Shown: in pieces, positions 12,415 to 23,881 of the stretch
How positions within the stretch are numbered: the first letter of the stretch is position 1
Layout: every line of letters starts with the position of its first letter
Assembly (NCBI GenBank): GCA_032718475.1
Contig: JAUCBJ010001794.1
Span: forward strand, 51,090 to 115,089
Direction of reading: 5' to 3'
Length of the DNA stretch: 64,000 nt
Source of the DNA: Nemertoderma westbladi
Lineage: Eukaryota > Animalia > Xenacoelomorpha
The notes under the pieces: generated by a model
What the model was told of the DNA's origin: nothing
The model's database searches: none
The model's input: the letters and a program-made list of their open reading frames with translations, nothing else
Position numbers and translations under genes: made by a program

Positions 12415-13066
12415 CTAGAGACGGCGTCAAGACGCCGTTAAGCAAGTCGGAAGTCATCAATCAAATGTAAATTCCATCAACAAGCTGTCATTGGTGTTAT
12501 TTTACCATTGCGCCTATGGCGTTTTTTCGTTTATGTCTATTTTTCGAGCCCACGGCTCATGGACGAAATAGCGGAACATACCAGGGACCTTAGAATCGCG
12601 GTATCTAGCCGCTGTGAAAATTTCATCAAAATCGTTAGAGTAGTTTTGGCTGTAGATCAGCCAGCCAGCCAGCCAGCCAGTCAGCCAGCCAGCCAGCCAG
12701 TCAATCAGCCAACAATTCTTACAGTAATCAAGTCCTACGACTTGCTAACTAGAGACGGCATCAAGACGCCGTTAAGCAAGTCGGAAGTCATCAATCAAAT
12801 GTAAATTCCATCAACAAGCTGTCATTGGTGTTATTTTACCATTGCGCCTATGGCGTTTTTTCGTTTATCTCTGTTTTTCGAGCCCAGAGGCTATGGACGG
12901 AGTAGCCGATCATGCCAGGGACCTTAGAATCGAGGTATCTAGATGCTGTGAAAATTTCATCAAAATCGTTAGAGTAGTTTTGGCTGTAGATCAGTCAGCC
13001 AGCCAGTCAGTCAGCCAGCCAGTCAGCCAACAATTCTTACAGTAATCAAGTCCTACGACTTGCTAA
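12415..13066 (-). mobile_element. Two B-mini units (12415-12748, 12749-13066)
   Basis: B start joined directly to the core at TCAACAA|GCTGTCATTGG; B ends with loop variant CAAGTC CTAC GACTTG. Confidence 0.85.
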
Positions 13067-15280
13067 CTAGAGACGGCGTCAAGACGCCGTTAAGCAAGTC
13101 GGAAGTCATCAATCAAATATAAATTCCCTCAACAATGTTTACCTATGGTCAGAATGGAAGGGCTATTTACCTATGGTCAGAGAGAGATCCCACTCTGTAA
13201 TTTGGCAATTGCTCAAATTCATTCAGTTGAATGGCACAGTAGAGTGAACTAAACTAAATTCCCTCAACAATGTTTGGCTATGGTCTGAAAGAACTAACAG
13301 TCATTCAGCTTGCACAATGTCAATCACCTACAGTATAAAACATTTAGAATGCCACAGTGTGTATCCTGATACAGATAATAAGCAGTGATATATATATTTC
13401 AAACTATAATGTTAGTGTTAGCCTTACACAGTATCAGTATGAGGCTGAGTAAACATTCCACCTTATAAGCATACTGCCTCCACAGAATTAATGTTGGCCG
13501 AAAGATTTAAAAATAAAACAATTATTATTATAAATACAGTGCAATCCAATAGTACCCAACACACTGTGTAACTAACAGTCAATCAGCTTACACGTCAATT
13601 AACATAGAAGAGAGAGTAACCTTGTAGATCGCCATAGAAAGCATTGGGAAGAGTTATTCAGCTGAGGCTGTAATAGCCGGCTAACCCAGTGAATGATTAT
13701 AAAGTTGGCACTGTATGTACTTCCTTGTTAGGTGGCTCCCTATAGAATAGCAAACCAACCAGTTGATGTTTGTTTGCACAGAGTGGTTGGTAGGGCCTAA
13801 ACAAACAGTATGGGTGTACTGAGTACAATAATCTTGGCAACCTCATCGATTTATACTAAGCCTTGTGTAGAATTGCATTACATAAGCCATTTTCCATCAG
13901 AACACCAGCTGTCATGGGTGTTATTTTACCATTGCGCCTATGGCGTTTTTTTCGTTTATCTCTATTTTTCGAGCCCAGAGGCTATGGACGGAGTAGCTGA
14001 TCATGCCAGGGACCTTAGAATCGCGGTATCTAGATGCTGTGAAAATTTCATCAAAATCGTTAGAGTAGTTTTGGCTGTAGATCAGCCAGCCAGTCAGTCA
14101 GCCAGCCAGTCAGTCAGCCAGCCAGTCAGTCAACAATTCTTACAGTAATCAAGTCTAACGACTTGCTAATAACTAGAGACGGCGTCAAGACGCCGTTAAG
14201 CAAGTCGGAAGTCATCAATCAAATATAAATTCCCTCAACAATGTTTACCTATGGTCAGAATGGAAGGGCTATTTACCTATGGTCAGAGAGAGATCCCACT
14301 CTGTAATTTGGCAATTGCTCAAATTCATTCAGTTGAATGGCACAGTAGAGTGAACTAAACTAAATTCCCTCAACAATGTTTGGCTATGGTCTGAAAGAAC
14401 TAACAGTCATTCAGCTTGCACAATGTCAATCACCTACAGTATAAAACATTTAGAATGCCACAGTGTGTATCCTGATACAGATAATAAGCAGTGATATATA
14501 TATTTCAAACTATAATGTTAGTGTTAGCCTTACACAGTATCAGTATGAGGCTGAGTAAACATTCCACCTTATAAGCATACTGCCTCCACAGAATTAATGT
14601 TGGCCGAAAGATTTAAAAATAAAACAATTATTATTATAAATACAGTGCAATCCAATAGTACCCAACACACTGTGTAACTAACAGTCAATCAGCTTACACG
14701 TCAATTAACATAGAAGAGAGAGTAACCTTGTAGATCGCCATAGAAAGCATTGGGAAGAGTTATTCAGCTGAGGCTGTAATAGCCGGCTAACCCAGTGAAT
14801 GATTATAAAGTTGGCACTGTATGTACTTCCTTGTTAGGTGGCTCCCTATAGAATAGCAAACCAACCAGTTGATGTTTGTTTGCACAGAGTGGTTGGTAGG
14901 GCCTAAACAAACAGTATGGGTGTACTAAGTATAATACTCTTGGCAACCTCATCTATTTAATACTAAGCCTTGTGTAGAATTGCATTACATAAGTCATTTT
15001 TCATCAGGACACCAGCTGTCATGGGTGTTATTTTACCATTGCGCCTATGGCGTTTTTTTCGTTTATCTCTATTTTTCGAGCCCAGAGGCTATGGACGGAG
15101 TAGCCGATCATGCCAGGGACCTTAGAATCGCGGTATCTAGATGCTGTGAAAATTTCATCAAAATCGTTAGAGTAGTTTTGGCTGTAGATCAGCCAGCCAG
15201 CCAGCCAGCCAGTCAGCCAGCCAGCCAGCCAGTCAGTCAGTCAACAATTCTTACAGTAATCAAGTCTAACGACTTGCTAA
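13067..15280 (-). mobile_element. Two B units (13067-14169, 14173-15280)
   Basis: Matched B ends; extra TAA at their junction. Confidence 0.85.
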
Positions 15281-15344
15281 CTAGTGACGGGCCTAGCGGC
15301 CCGATAAGGAACCGACTTTTTATTTAAAATAAAAGAGACAACGA

Positions 15345-16247
15345 GCTCGGCTCAGTCTGCATGGCATGATTAGGCTCGATTCAGTTCGACTTGGCTTGAT
15401 CGGCTCAATTGGGATCGACTCGGCTTGATTGGGCTTGACTCGACTCAGCTCGATTCGGCTCAATCGGCTTGATTGGGTTCGACTCGGCTCTGTCTTTCTC
15501 GACTTGGCTCAATTGGACTCAACTCGGCTCGATTGGTCTCGACTTGGCTCGATTGGGCTCGAATCGGCTCGATTGGGATTGATTGGGCTTGACTCGGCTA
15601 GATTTGGCTCAACTTGGCTCAGTCCGTCTCGACTGCGCTCGGTCCGGCTCAATTGGGCTCGACTAGGCTTGATTGGGCTCGACTCGGCTCTATTGGGCTC
15701 GACTCGATTCGATTGGGCTTAACTCGGCTCAGTCTGGCTCGACTCAGCTCGATTGGGCTCGGCTCGGCTTGATTGGTCTCGACTCGACTCATTCCGGCTC
15801 AATTTGGCATGACACGGCTCGACTCGGCTTGATTGGGTTCGGCTCGGTCTGAGTCGACTCAGCTCGATTCGGCTCGATTGGGTTCGACTAGGCTCGGTCC
15901 GGCTCGACTTGGCTCATTTGGGCTCGATTCGGCTCAATCCGCTCGACTCGATTGGAATTGATTGGGCTTGACTCGGCTCGATTTGGCTCAACTTGGCTCA
16001 GTCTGGCTCGATTGGGTTCGACTTGGCTCGGTCTGGCTCAATTGGGCTCGACTAGGATTGATTGGGCTCGACTCGGCTCTATTGGGCTCGACTCAACTCG
16101 ATTGGGCTTGCCTCGCCTCAGTCTGGCTCGACTAGGCTTGATTGGGCTCAACTCGGCTCCGTTCGGCTTGATTCGGCTCGATTGGGCTCGACTCGGCTTG
16201 ATCGCCTCGATTGGTTCTATTCGGCTCGATCATTATGATTCGGCTCG
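15345..16247. repeat. Degenerate 5-bp-periodic satellite (GGCTC/GATTG/GACTC/GGCTT)
   Basis: 5-nt phase largely maintained with many variant pentamers. Confidence 0.92.
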
Positions 16248-16506
16248 AGTGACACACGCTGCTGGAAGGGTCAAAGCCAAACTCACGTGCTGCTCGAAGG
16301 GACAAAGTCAAACAGTGTGTCTATTATTTGATGTAACTCACGTGCTGCTCGAAGGGCGCAACATCATATATCAAGGGTCAAAGCAAAACTCACGTGCTGC
16401 TAGAAGGGACAAAGTCAAACATTGTGTCTAATATTTGATTAACTCACGTGCTGCTCGAAGGGCGCAACTACATATATCGAAACAAGCCCCTGTCTTGTAT
16501 TTTAAT

Positions 16507-16615
16507 AATAATATAATAATATACACTCCCCAACGGAGTAAATGAAATTCGATAAAATCATATATATTATTTTATCAATAAAATAGATATAAAATAAAAA
16601 TAAAAATAAATCAAT
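16507..16615 (-). mobile_element. Short 5'-truncated non-LTR retroelement-like insertion
   Basis: Absent from other G units. 12-bp TSD TTGTATTTTAAT (16495-16506, 16616-16627). (AAT)n-like tail at left, next to an ACTCC..GGAGT hairpin. Confidence 0.65.
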
Positions 16616-17314
16616 TTGTATTTTAATTATATCAGAAATCGTTGCCATGCATAATGTACTATATTTGGGTCCCATGACCCACCCCATTGAACAGCTTTGC
16701 TTACATCTGATAGAGAGTAATCCCAAATTAACTTCCCTCTACGAAAATTATTTTAATTAAATACATACAACATAGCAGTCTACTCTACAGTCAACAGTAG
16801 TAGGCTACACAATAACTAAAATGGCATTCAGCTTACCAGCTATTCGCATTAAGCTAATAGATATTCGATTTCATTGGATTCAGTGAGTGTGTGAGGGCTA
16901 TTGGGAGAGCAATCAGCTTATGATGTAATACATTAGAATCCCACGGCTTTTGTTTGCTTACTGTCTGAGTTGTAGAGTGAGGATAATACTTGGCAGAGAA
17001 AGCATTTCCTTGTTAGGTGGCCATTCCTATAGAATAGCATTACTAGGCCATCTCTATCCATTTTTCATGAGTGCCAGCTGGTGTTTTTATCATTGCGCCT
17101 ATGGCGTTTTTTCGTTTATGTCTATTTTTCGAGCCCACGGCTCATGGACGAAATAGCGGAACATACCAGGGACCTTAGAATCGCGGTATCCAGCCGCTGT
17201 GAAAATTTCATCAAAATCGTTAGAGTAGTTTTGGCTAGTAGATCTAACCAGCTCAGTCAGTCAGCCAGCCAGTCAGCCAACAATTCTTACAGTAATGAAC
17301 CTCTCGGTTCCTAA

Positions 17315-19520
17315 CTAGAGACGGCGTCAAGACGCCGTTAAGCAAGTCGGAAGTCATCAATCAAATATAAATTCCCTCAACAATGTTTACCTATGGTCAG
17401 AATGGAAGGGCTATTTACCTATGGTCAGAGAGAGATCCCACTCTGTAATTTGGCAATTGCTCAAATTCATTCAGTTGAATGGCACAGTAGAGTGAACTAA
17501 ACTAAATTCCCTCAACAATGTTTGGCTATGGTCTGAAAGAACTAACAGTCATTCAGCTTGCACAATGTCAATCACCTACAGTATAAAACATTTAGAATGC
17601 CACAGTGTGTATCCTGATACAGATAATAAGCAGTGATATATATATTTCAAACTATAATGTTAGTGTTAGCCTTACACAGTATCAGTATGAGGCTGAGTAA
17701 ACATTCCACCTTATAAGCATACTGCCTCCACAGAATTAATGTTGGCCGAAAGATTTAAAAATAAAACAATTATTATTATAAATACAGTGCAATCCAATAG
17801 TACCCAACACACTGTGTAACTAACAGTCAATCAGCTTACACGTCAATTAACATAGAAGAGAGAGTAACCTTGTAGATCGCCATAGAAAGCATTGGGAAGA
17901 GTTATTCAGCTGAGGCTGTAATAGCCGGCTAACCCAGTGAATGATTATAAAGTTGGCACTGTATGTACTTCCTTGTTAGGTGGCTCCCTATAGAATAGCA
18001 AACCAACCAGTTGATGTTTGTTTGCACAGAGTGGTTGGTAGGGCCTAAACAAACAGTATGGGTGTACTGAGTACAATAATCTTGGCAACCTCATCGATTT
18101 ATACTAAGCCTTGTGTAGAATTGCATTACATAAGCCATTTTCCATCAGAACACCAGCTGTCATGGGTGTTATTTTACCATTGCGCCTATGGCGTTTTTTT
18201 CGTTTATCTCTATTTTTCGAGCCCAGAGGCTATGGACGGAGTAGCCGATCATGCCAGGGACCTTAGAATCGCGGTATCTAGATGCTGTGAAAATTTCATC
18301 AAAATCGTTAGAGTAGTTTTGGCTGTAGATCAGCCAGCCAGTCAGTCAGCCAGCCAGCAGTCAGCCAGTCAGTCAGTCAACAATTCTTACAGTAATCAAG
18401 TCTAACGACTTGCTAACTAGAGACGGCGTCAAGACGCCGTTAAGCAAGTCGGAAGTCATCAATCAAATATAAATTCCCTCAACAATGTTTACCTATGGTC
18501 AGAATGGAAGGGCTATTTACCTATGGTCAGAGAGAGATCCCACTCTGTAATTTGGCAATTGCTCAAATTCATTCAGTTGAATGGCACAGTAGAGTGAACT
18601 AAACTAAATTCCCTCAACAATGTTTGGCTATGGTCTGAAAGAACTAACAGTCATTCAGCTTGCACAATGTCAATCACCTACAGTATAAAACATTTAGAAT
18701 GCCACAGTGTGTATCCTGATACAGATAATAAGCAGTGATATATATATTTCAAACTATAATGTTAGTGTTAGCCTTACACAGTATCAGTATGAGGCTGAGT
18801 AAACATTCCACCTTATAAGCATACTGCCTCCACAGAATTAATGTTGGCCGAAAGATTTAAAAATAAAACAATTATTATTATAAATACAGTGCAATCCAAT
18901 AGTACCCAACACACTGTGTAACTAACAGTCAATCAGCTTACACGTCAATTAACATAGAAGAGAGAGTAACCTTGTAGATCGCCATAGAAAGCATTGGGAA
19001 GAGTTATTCAGCTGAGGCTGTAATAGCCGGCTAACCCAGTGAATGATTATAAAGTTGGCACTGTATGTACTTCCTTGTTAGGTGGCTCCCTATAGAATAG
19101 CAAACCAACCAGTTGATGTTTGTTTGCACAGAGTGGTTGGTAGGGCCTAAACAAACAGTATGGGTGTACTAAGTACAATAATCTTGGCAACCTCATCGAT
19201 TTATACTAAGCCTTGTGTAGAATTGCATTACATAAGCCATTTTTCATCAGGACACCAGCTGTCATGGGTGTTATTTTACCATTGCGCCTATGGCGTTTTT
19301 TTCGTTTATCTCTATTTTTCGAGCCCAGAGGCTATGGACGGAGTAGCCGATCATGCCAGGGACCTTAGAATCGCGGTATCTAGATGCTGTGAAAATTTCA
19401 TCAAAATCGTTAGAGTAGTTTTGGCTGTAGATCAGCCAGCCAGTCAGCCAGCCAGTCAGCCAGTCAGCCAGCCAGTCAGTCAAACAATTCTTACAGTAAT
19501 CAAGTCTAACGACTTGCTAA
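17315..19520 (-). mobile_element. Two B units (17315-18416, 18417-19520)
   Basis: Matched B ends. Confidence 0.85.
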
Positions 19521-19584
19521 CTAGTGACGGGCCTAGCGGCCCGATAAGGAACCGACTTTTTATTTCAAATAAAAGAGACAACGA

Positions 19585-20860
19585 GCTCGGCTCGGTCTTG
19601 GCACGATTGGGCTCGATTCAGTTCGACTTGGCTTGATCGGCTCAGTTTGGCTCGATTCGGCTCGGCTCGGCTCTGCTCGGCTCTGGCTCGGCTCGGCTCG
19701 GCTTCGGCTCGGCTCGGCTCGATTGGGCTCGGCTCGGCTCGGCTCGGCTCGGCTCGGCTCGGCTCGGCTCGGCTCGGCTCGGCTCGGCTCGGTCTCGGCT
19801 CGGCTCGGCTCGGCTCGGCTCGGCTCGGCTCGGCTTGGGCTCGATTCGGCTTGGCTCGGCTCGGCTTGGCTCGGCTCTGGCTCGGCTCGGCTCGGCTCGG
19901 CTCGGCTCGGCTCGGCTCTCGGCTCGGCTCGGCTCGGCTCGGCTCGGCTCGGCTCGGCTCGGCTCGGCTCGGCTTCGGCTCGGCTCGGCTCGGCTCGGCT
20001 CGGCTCGGCTCGGCTCGGCTCGGCTCGGCTCGGCTCGGCTCGGCTCGGCTCGGCTCGGTCTCGGCTCGGCTCGGCTTGGCTCGGCTCGGCTCGAGCTTGG
20101 CTCGGCTCGGCTCGGCTCGGCTCGGCTTGGCTCGATTCGGCTCGGCTCGGCTGGCTCGGCTCGGCTCGACTCGGCTCGGCTCGGCTCGGCTCGTTCGGCT
20201 CGGCTCGGTTCGGCTAGCTCGGCTCGGCTCGGCTCGGCTCGGCTCGGCTCGGCTCGGCTCGGCTCGGCTCGGCTCGGCTCGGCTCGGCTCGGCTCGGCTC
20301 GGCTCGGCTCGGCTCGGCTCGGCTCGGCTCGGCTCGGCTCGGCTCGGCTCGGCTCTGCTCGGCTCGGCTCGGCTCGGCTCGGCTTGGCTCGGCTCAGCTT
20401 GGCTCGGCTCGGCTCGGCTCGGCTCGGCTCAGCTCGGCTCGGCTCGGCTCGGCTTGGCCCGGCTCGGCCGGCTCGGCTCGGCTCGGCTCGGCTCGGCTCG
20501 GCTCGGCTCGGCTCGGCTCGGCTCGGCTCGGCACGGCTCGGCACGGCTTGGCTTGGCTCGGCACGGCTCGGCTCGGCTCGGCTCATGCTCGGCTCGGCTC
20601 GGCTCGGCTCGGCTCGGCTCGGCTCGGCTCGGCTCGGCTCGGCTCGGCTCGGCTCGGCTCGGCTCGGCTCGGCTCGGCTCGGCTCGGCTCGGCTCGGCTC
20701 GGCTCGGCTCGGCTCGGCTCGGCTCGGCTCGGCTCGGCTCGGCTCGGCTCGGCTCGGCTCGGCTCGGCTCGGTTCGGCTCAGCTCGGCTCGGCTCGGCTC
20801 GGCTTGGCTCGGCTCGGCTCGGCTCGGCTTGGCTCGGCTTGGCTCGGCTTCGGCTCGGTC
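19585..20860. repeat. (GGCTC)n satellite, partly homogenised
   Basis: Tandem pentamer with scattered variants. Confidence 0.97.
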
Positions 20861-20868
20861 TGAGTCGA

Positions 20869-21135
20869 CTCCCCGTGCTGCTCGAAGGGCGCAAATACAT
20901 ATATCGAAGGGTCAAAGCAAAACTCACGTGCTGCTCGAAGGGACAAAGTCAAACAATGTGTCTATTATTTGATGTAATTCACGTGCTGCTCGAAGGGCGC
21001 AAATACATATATCGAAGGGTCAAAGCAAAACTCACGTGCTGCTCGAAGGGACAAAGTCAAACATTGTGTCTATTATTTGATCATCTCACGTGCTGCTAGA
21101 AGGGCGCAACTACATATATCGAAACAAGCCCCTGT
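20869..21135. repeat. ~107-108-bp dimeric repeat with CTCACGTGCTGCTCGAAGGG every ~54 bp (follows the pentamer in all G units)
   Basis: Equivalent CTCACGTG at 20923 and 21031; more copies at 55652-56070 and 61671-62090. Confidence 0.88.
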
Positions 21136-22032
21136 CTTGTATTTTAATTATATCAGAAATCGTTGCCTTCAGTACAAATATCTAAAAATTCATTCACCTG
21201 AAGTATGGGTAACATTATAAATTCGTTTTTCGCACAGTAGAGTTAACTAAGCAAATACCCTCCAGGTTGACTGAATGATTTTATTAATGTTTGCCATGCA
21301 TAATGTACTATATTTGGGTCCCATGACCCACCCCATTGAACAGCTTTGCTTACATCTGATAGAGAGTAATCCCAAATTAACTTCCCTCTACGAAAATTAT
21401 TTTAATTAAATACATGCAACATAGCAGTCTACTCTACAGTCAACAGTAGTAGGCCTACACAATAACTAAAATGGCATTCAGCTTACCAGCTATTCGCATT
21501 AAGCTAATAGATATTCGATTTCATTGGATTCAGTGAGTGTGTGAGGGCTATTGGGAGAGCAATCAGCTTATGATGTAATACATTAGAATACCACGGCTTT
21601 TGTTTGCTTACTGTCTGAGTTGTAGAGTGAGGATAATACTTGGCAGAGAAAGCATTTCCTTGTTAGGTGGCCATTCCTATAGAATAGCATTACTAGGCTA
21701 TCTCTATCCATTTTTCATGAGTGCCAGCTGGTGTTTTTATCATTGCGCCTATGGCGTTTTTTCGTTTATGTCTATTTTTCGAGCCCACGGCTCATGGACG
21801 AAATAGCGGAACATACCAGGGACCTTAGAATCGCGGTATCCAGCCGCTGTGAAAATTTCATCAAAATCGTTAGAGTAGTTTTGGCTATAGATCAGTCAGC
21901 CAGCCAGCCAGCCAGTCATCAATCAATCAGCCAACAATTCTTACAGTAATGAACCTCTCGGTTCCTAACTAGTGACGGGCCTAGCGGCCCGATAAGGAAC
22001 CGACTTTTTATTTCAAATAAAAGAGACAACGA

Positions 22033-23384
22033 GCTCGGCTCGGTCTTGCACGATTGGGCACGATTAAGTTCGACTTGGCTTGATCGGCTCAGTTTGGCTC
22101 GATTAGGCTCGGCTCGGCTCAGCTCGGCTCGGCTCGGCTCGGCTCGGCTCGGCTCGGCTCGATTAGGCTCGGCTCGGCTCGGCTCGGCTCGGCTCGGCTC
22201 GGCTCGGCTCGGCTCGGCTCGGCTCGGCTCGGCTCGGCTCGGCTCGGCTCGGCTCGGCTCGGGTCGGCTCGGCTCGGCTCGGCTCGGCTCGGCTCGGCTC
22301 GGCTCGGCTCGGCTTGGCTCGATTCGGCTTGGCTCGATTCGGCTTGGCTCGGCCTGGCTCGGCTCGGCTCGGCTCGGCTCGGCTCGGCTCGGCTCGGCTC
22401 GGCTCGGCTCGGCTCGGCTCGGCTCGGCTCGGCTCGGCTCGGCTCGGCTCGGCTCGGCTCGGCTCGGCTCGGCTCGGCTCGGCTCGGCTCGGCTCGGCTC
22501 GGCTCGGCTCGGCTCGGCTCGGCTCGGCTCGGCTCGGCTCGGCTCGGCTCGGCTTGGCTCGGCTCGGCTCAGCTTGGCTCGGCTCGGCTCGGCTCGGCTC
22601 GGCTTGGCTCGATTCGGCTTGGCTCGGACTGGCTCGGCTCGACTCGACTCGGCTCGGCTCGGCTCGGCTCAGTTCGGCTCGGCTCGGTTCGGCTAAGCTC
22701 GGCTCGGCTCGGCTCGGCTCGGCTCGGCTCGGCTCGGCTCGGCTCGGCTCGGCTCGGCTCGGCTCGGCTCGGCTCGGCTCGGCTCGGCTCGGCTCGGCTC
22801 GGCTCGGCTCGGCTCGGCTCGGCTCTGCTCGGCTCGGCTCGGCTCGGCTCGGCTTGGCTCGGCTCAGCTTGGCTCGGCTCGGCTCGGCTCGGCTCGGCTC
22901 AGCTCGGCCCGGCTCGGCTCGGCTTGGCCCGGCTCGGCCCGGCTCGGCTCGGCTCGGCTCGGCTCGGCTCGGCTCGGCTCGGCTCGGCTCGGCTCGGCTC
23001 GGCTCGGGACGGCACGGCACGGCACGGCTTGGCTTGGCTCGGCACGGCTCGGCTCGGCTCGGCTCATCACAGCTCGGCTCGGCTCGGCTCGGCTCGGCTC
23101 GGCTCGGCTCGGCTCGGCTCGGCTCGGCTCGGCTCGGCTCGGCTCGGCTCGGCTCGGCTCGGCTCGGCTCGGCTCGGCTCGGCTCGGCTCGGCTCGGCTC
23201 GGCTCGGCTCGGCTCGGCTCGGCTCGGCTCGGCTCGGCTCGGCTCGGCTCGGCTCGGCTCGGCTCGGCTCGGCTCGGCTCGGCTCGGCTCGGCTCGGTTC
23301 GGCTCAGCTCGGCTTGGCTCGGCTCGGCTTGGCTCGGCTCGGCTCGGCTCGGCTTGGCTCGGCTTGGCTCGGCTTGGCTCGGTC
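22033..23384. repeat. (GGCTC)n satellite, partly homogenised
   Basis: Tandem pentamer with scattered variants. Confidence 0.97.
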
Positions 23385-23881
23385 TGAGTCGACTCCCCGT
23401 GCTGCTCGAAGGGCGCAAATACATATATCGAAGGGTCAAAGCAAAACTCACGTGCTGCTCGAAGGGACAAAGTCAAACAATGTGTCTATTATTTGATGTA
23501 ATTCACGTGCTGCTCGAAGGGCGCAAATACATATATCGAAAGGTCAAAGCAAAACTCACGTGCTGCTCGAAGGGACAAAGTCAAACATTGTGTCTATTAT
23601 TTGATCATCTCACGTGCTGCTAGAAGGGCGCAACTACATATATCGAAACAAGCCCCTGTCTTGTATTTTAATTATATCAGAAATCGTTGCCTTCAGTACA
23701 AATATCTAAAAATTCATTCACCTGAAGTATGGGTAACATTATAAATTCGTTTTTCGCACAGTAGAGTTAACTAAGCAAATACCCTCCAGGTTGACTGAAT
23801 GATTTTATTAATGTTTGCCATGCATAATGTACTATATTTGGGTCCCATGACCCACCCCATTGAACAGCTTTGCTTACATCT

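Larger units (their letters stand above)
15281..17314 (-). mobile_element. G unit with degenerate pentamer satellite
   Basis: Matched A ends; shares the first ~62 bp with A units, then diverges after GAGACAACGAG. Confidence 0.85.
19521..21968 (-). mobile_element. G unit
   Basis: Matched A ends, (GGCTC)n, CACGTG repeat, G body. Confidence 0.85.
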
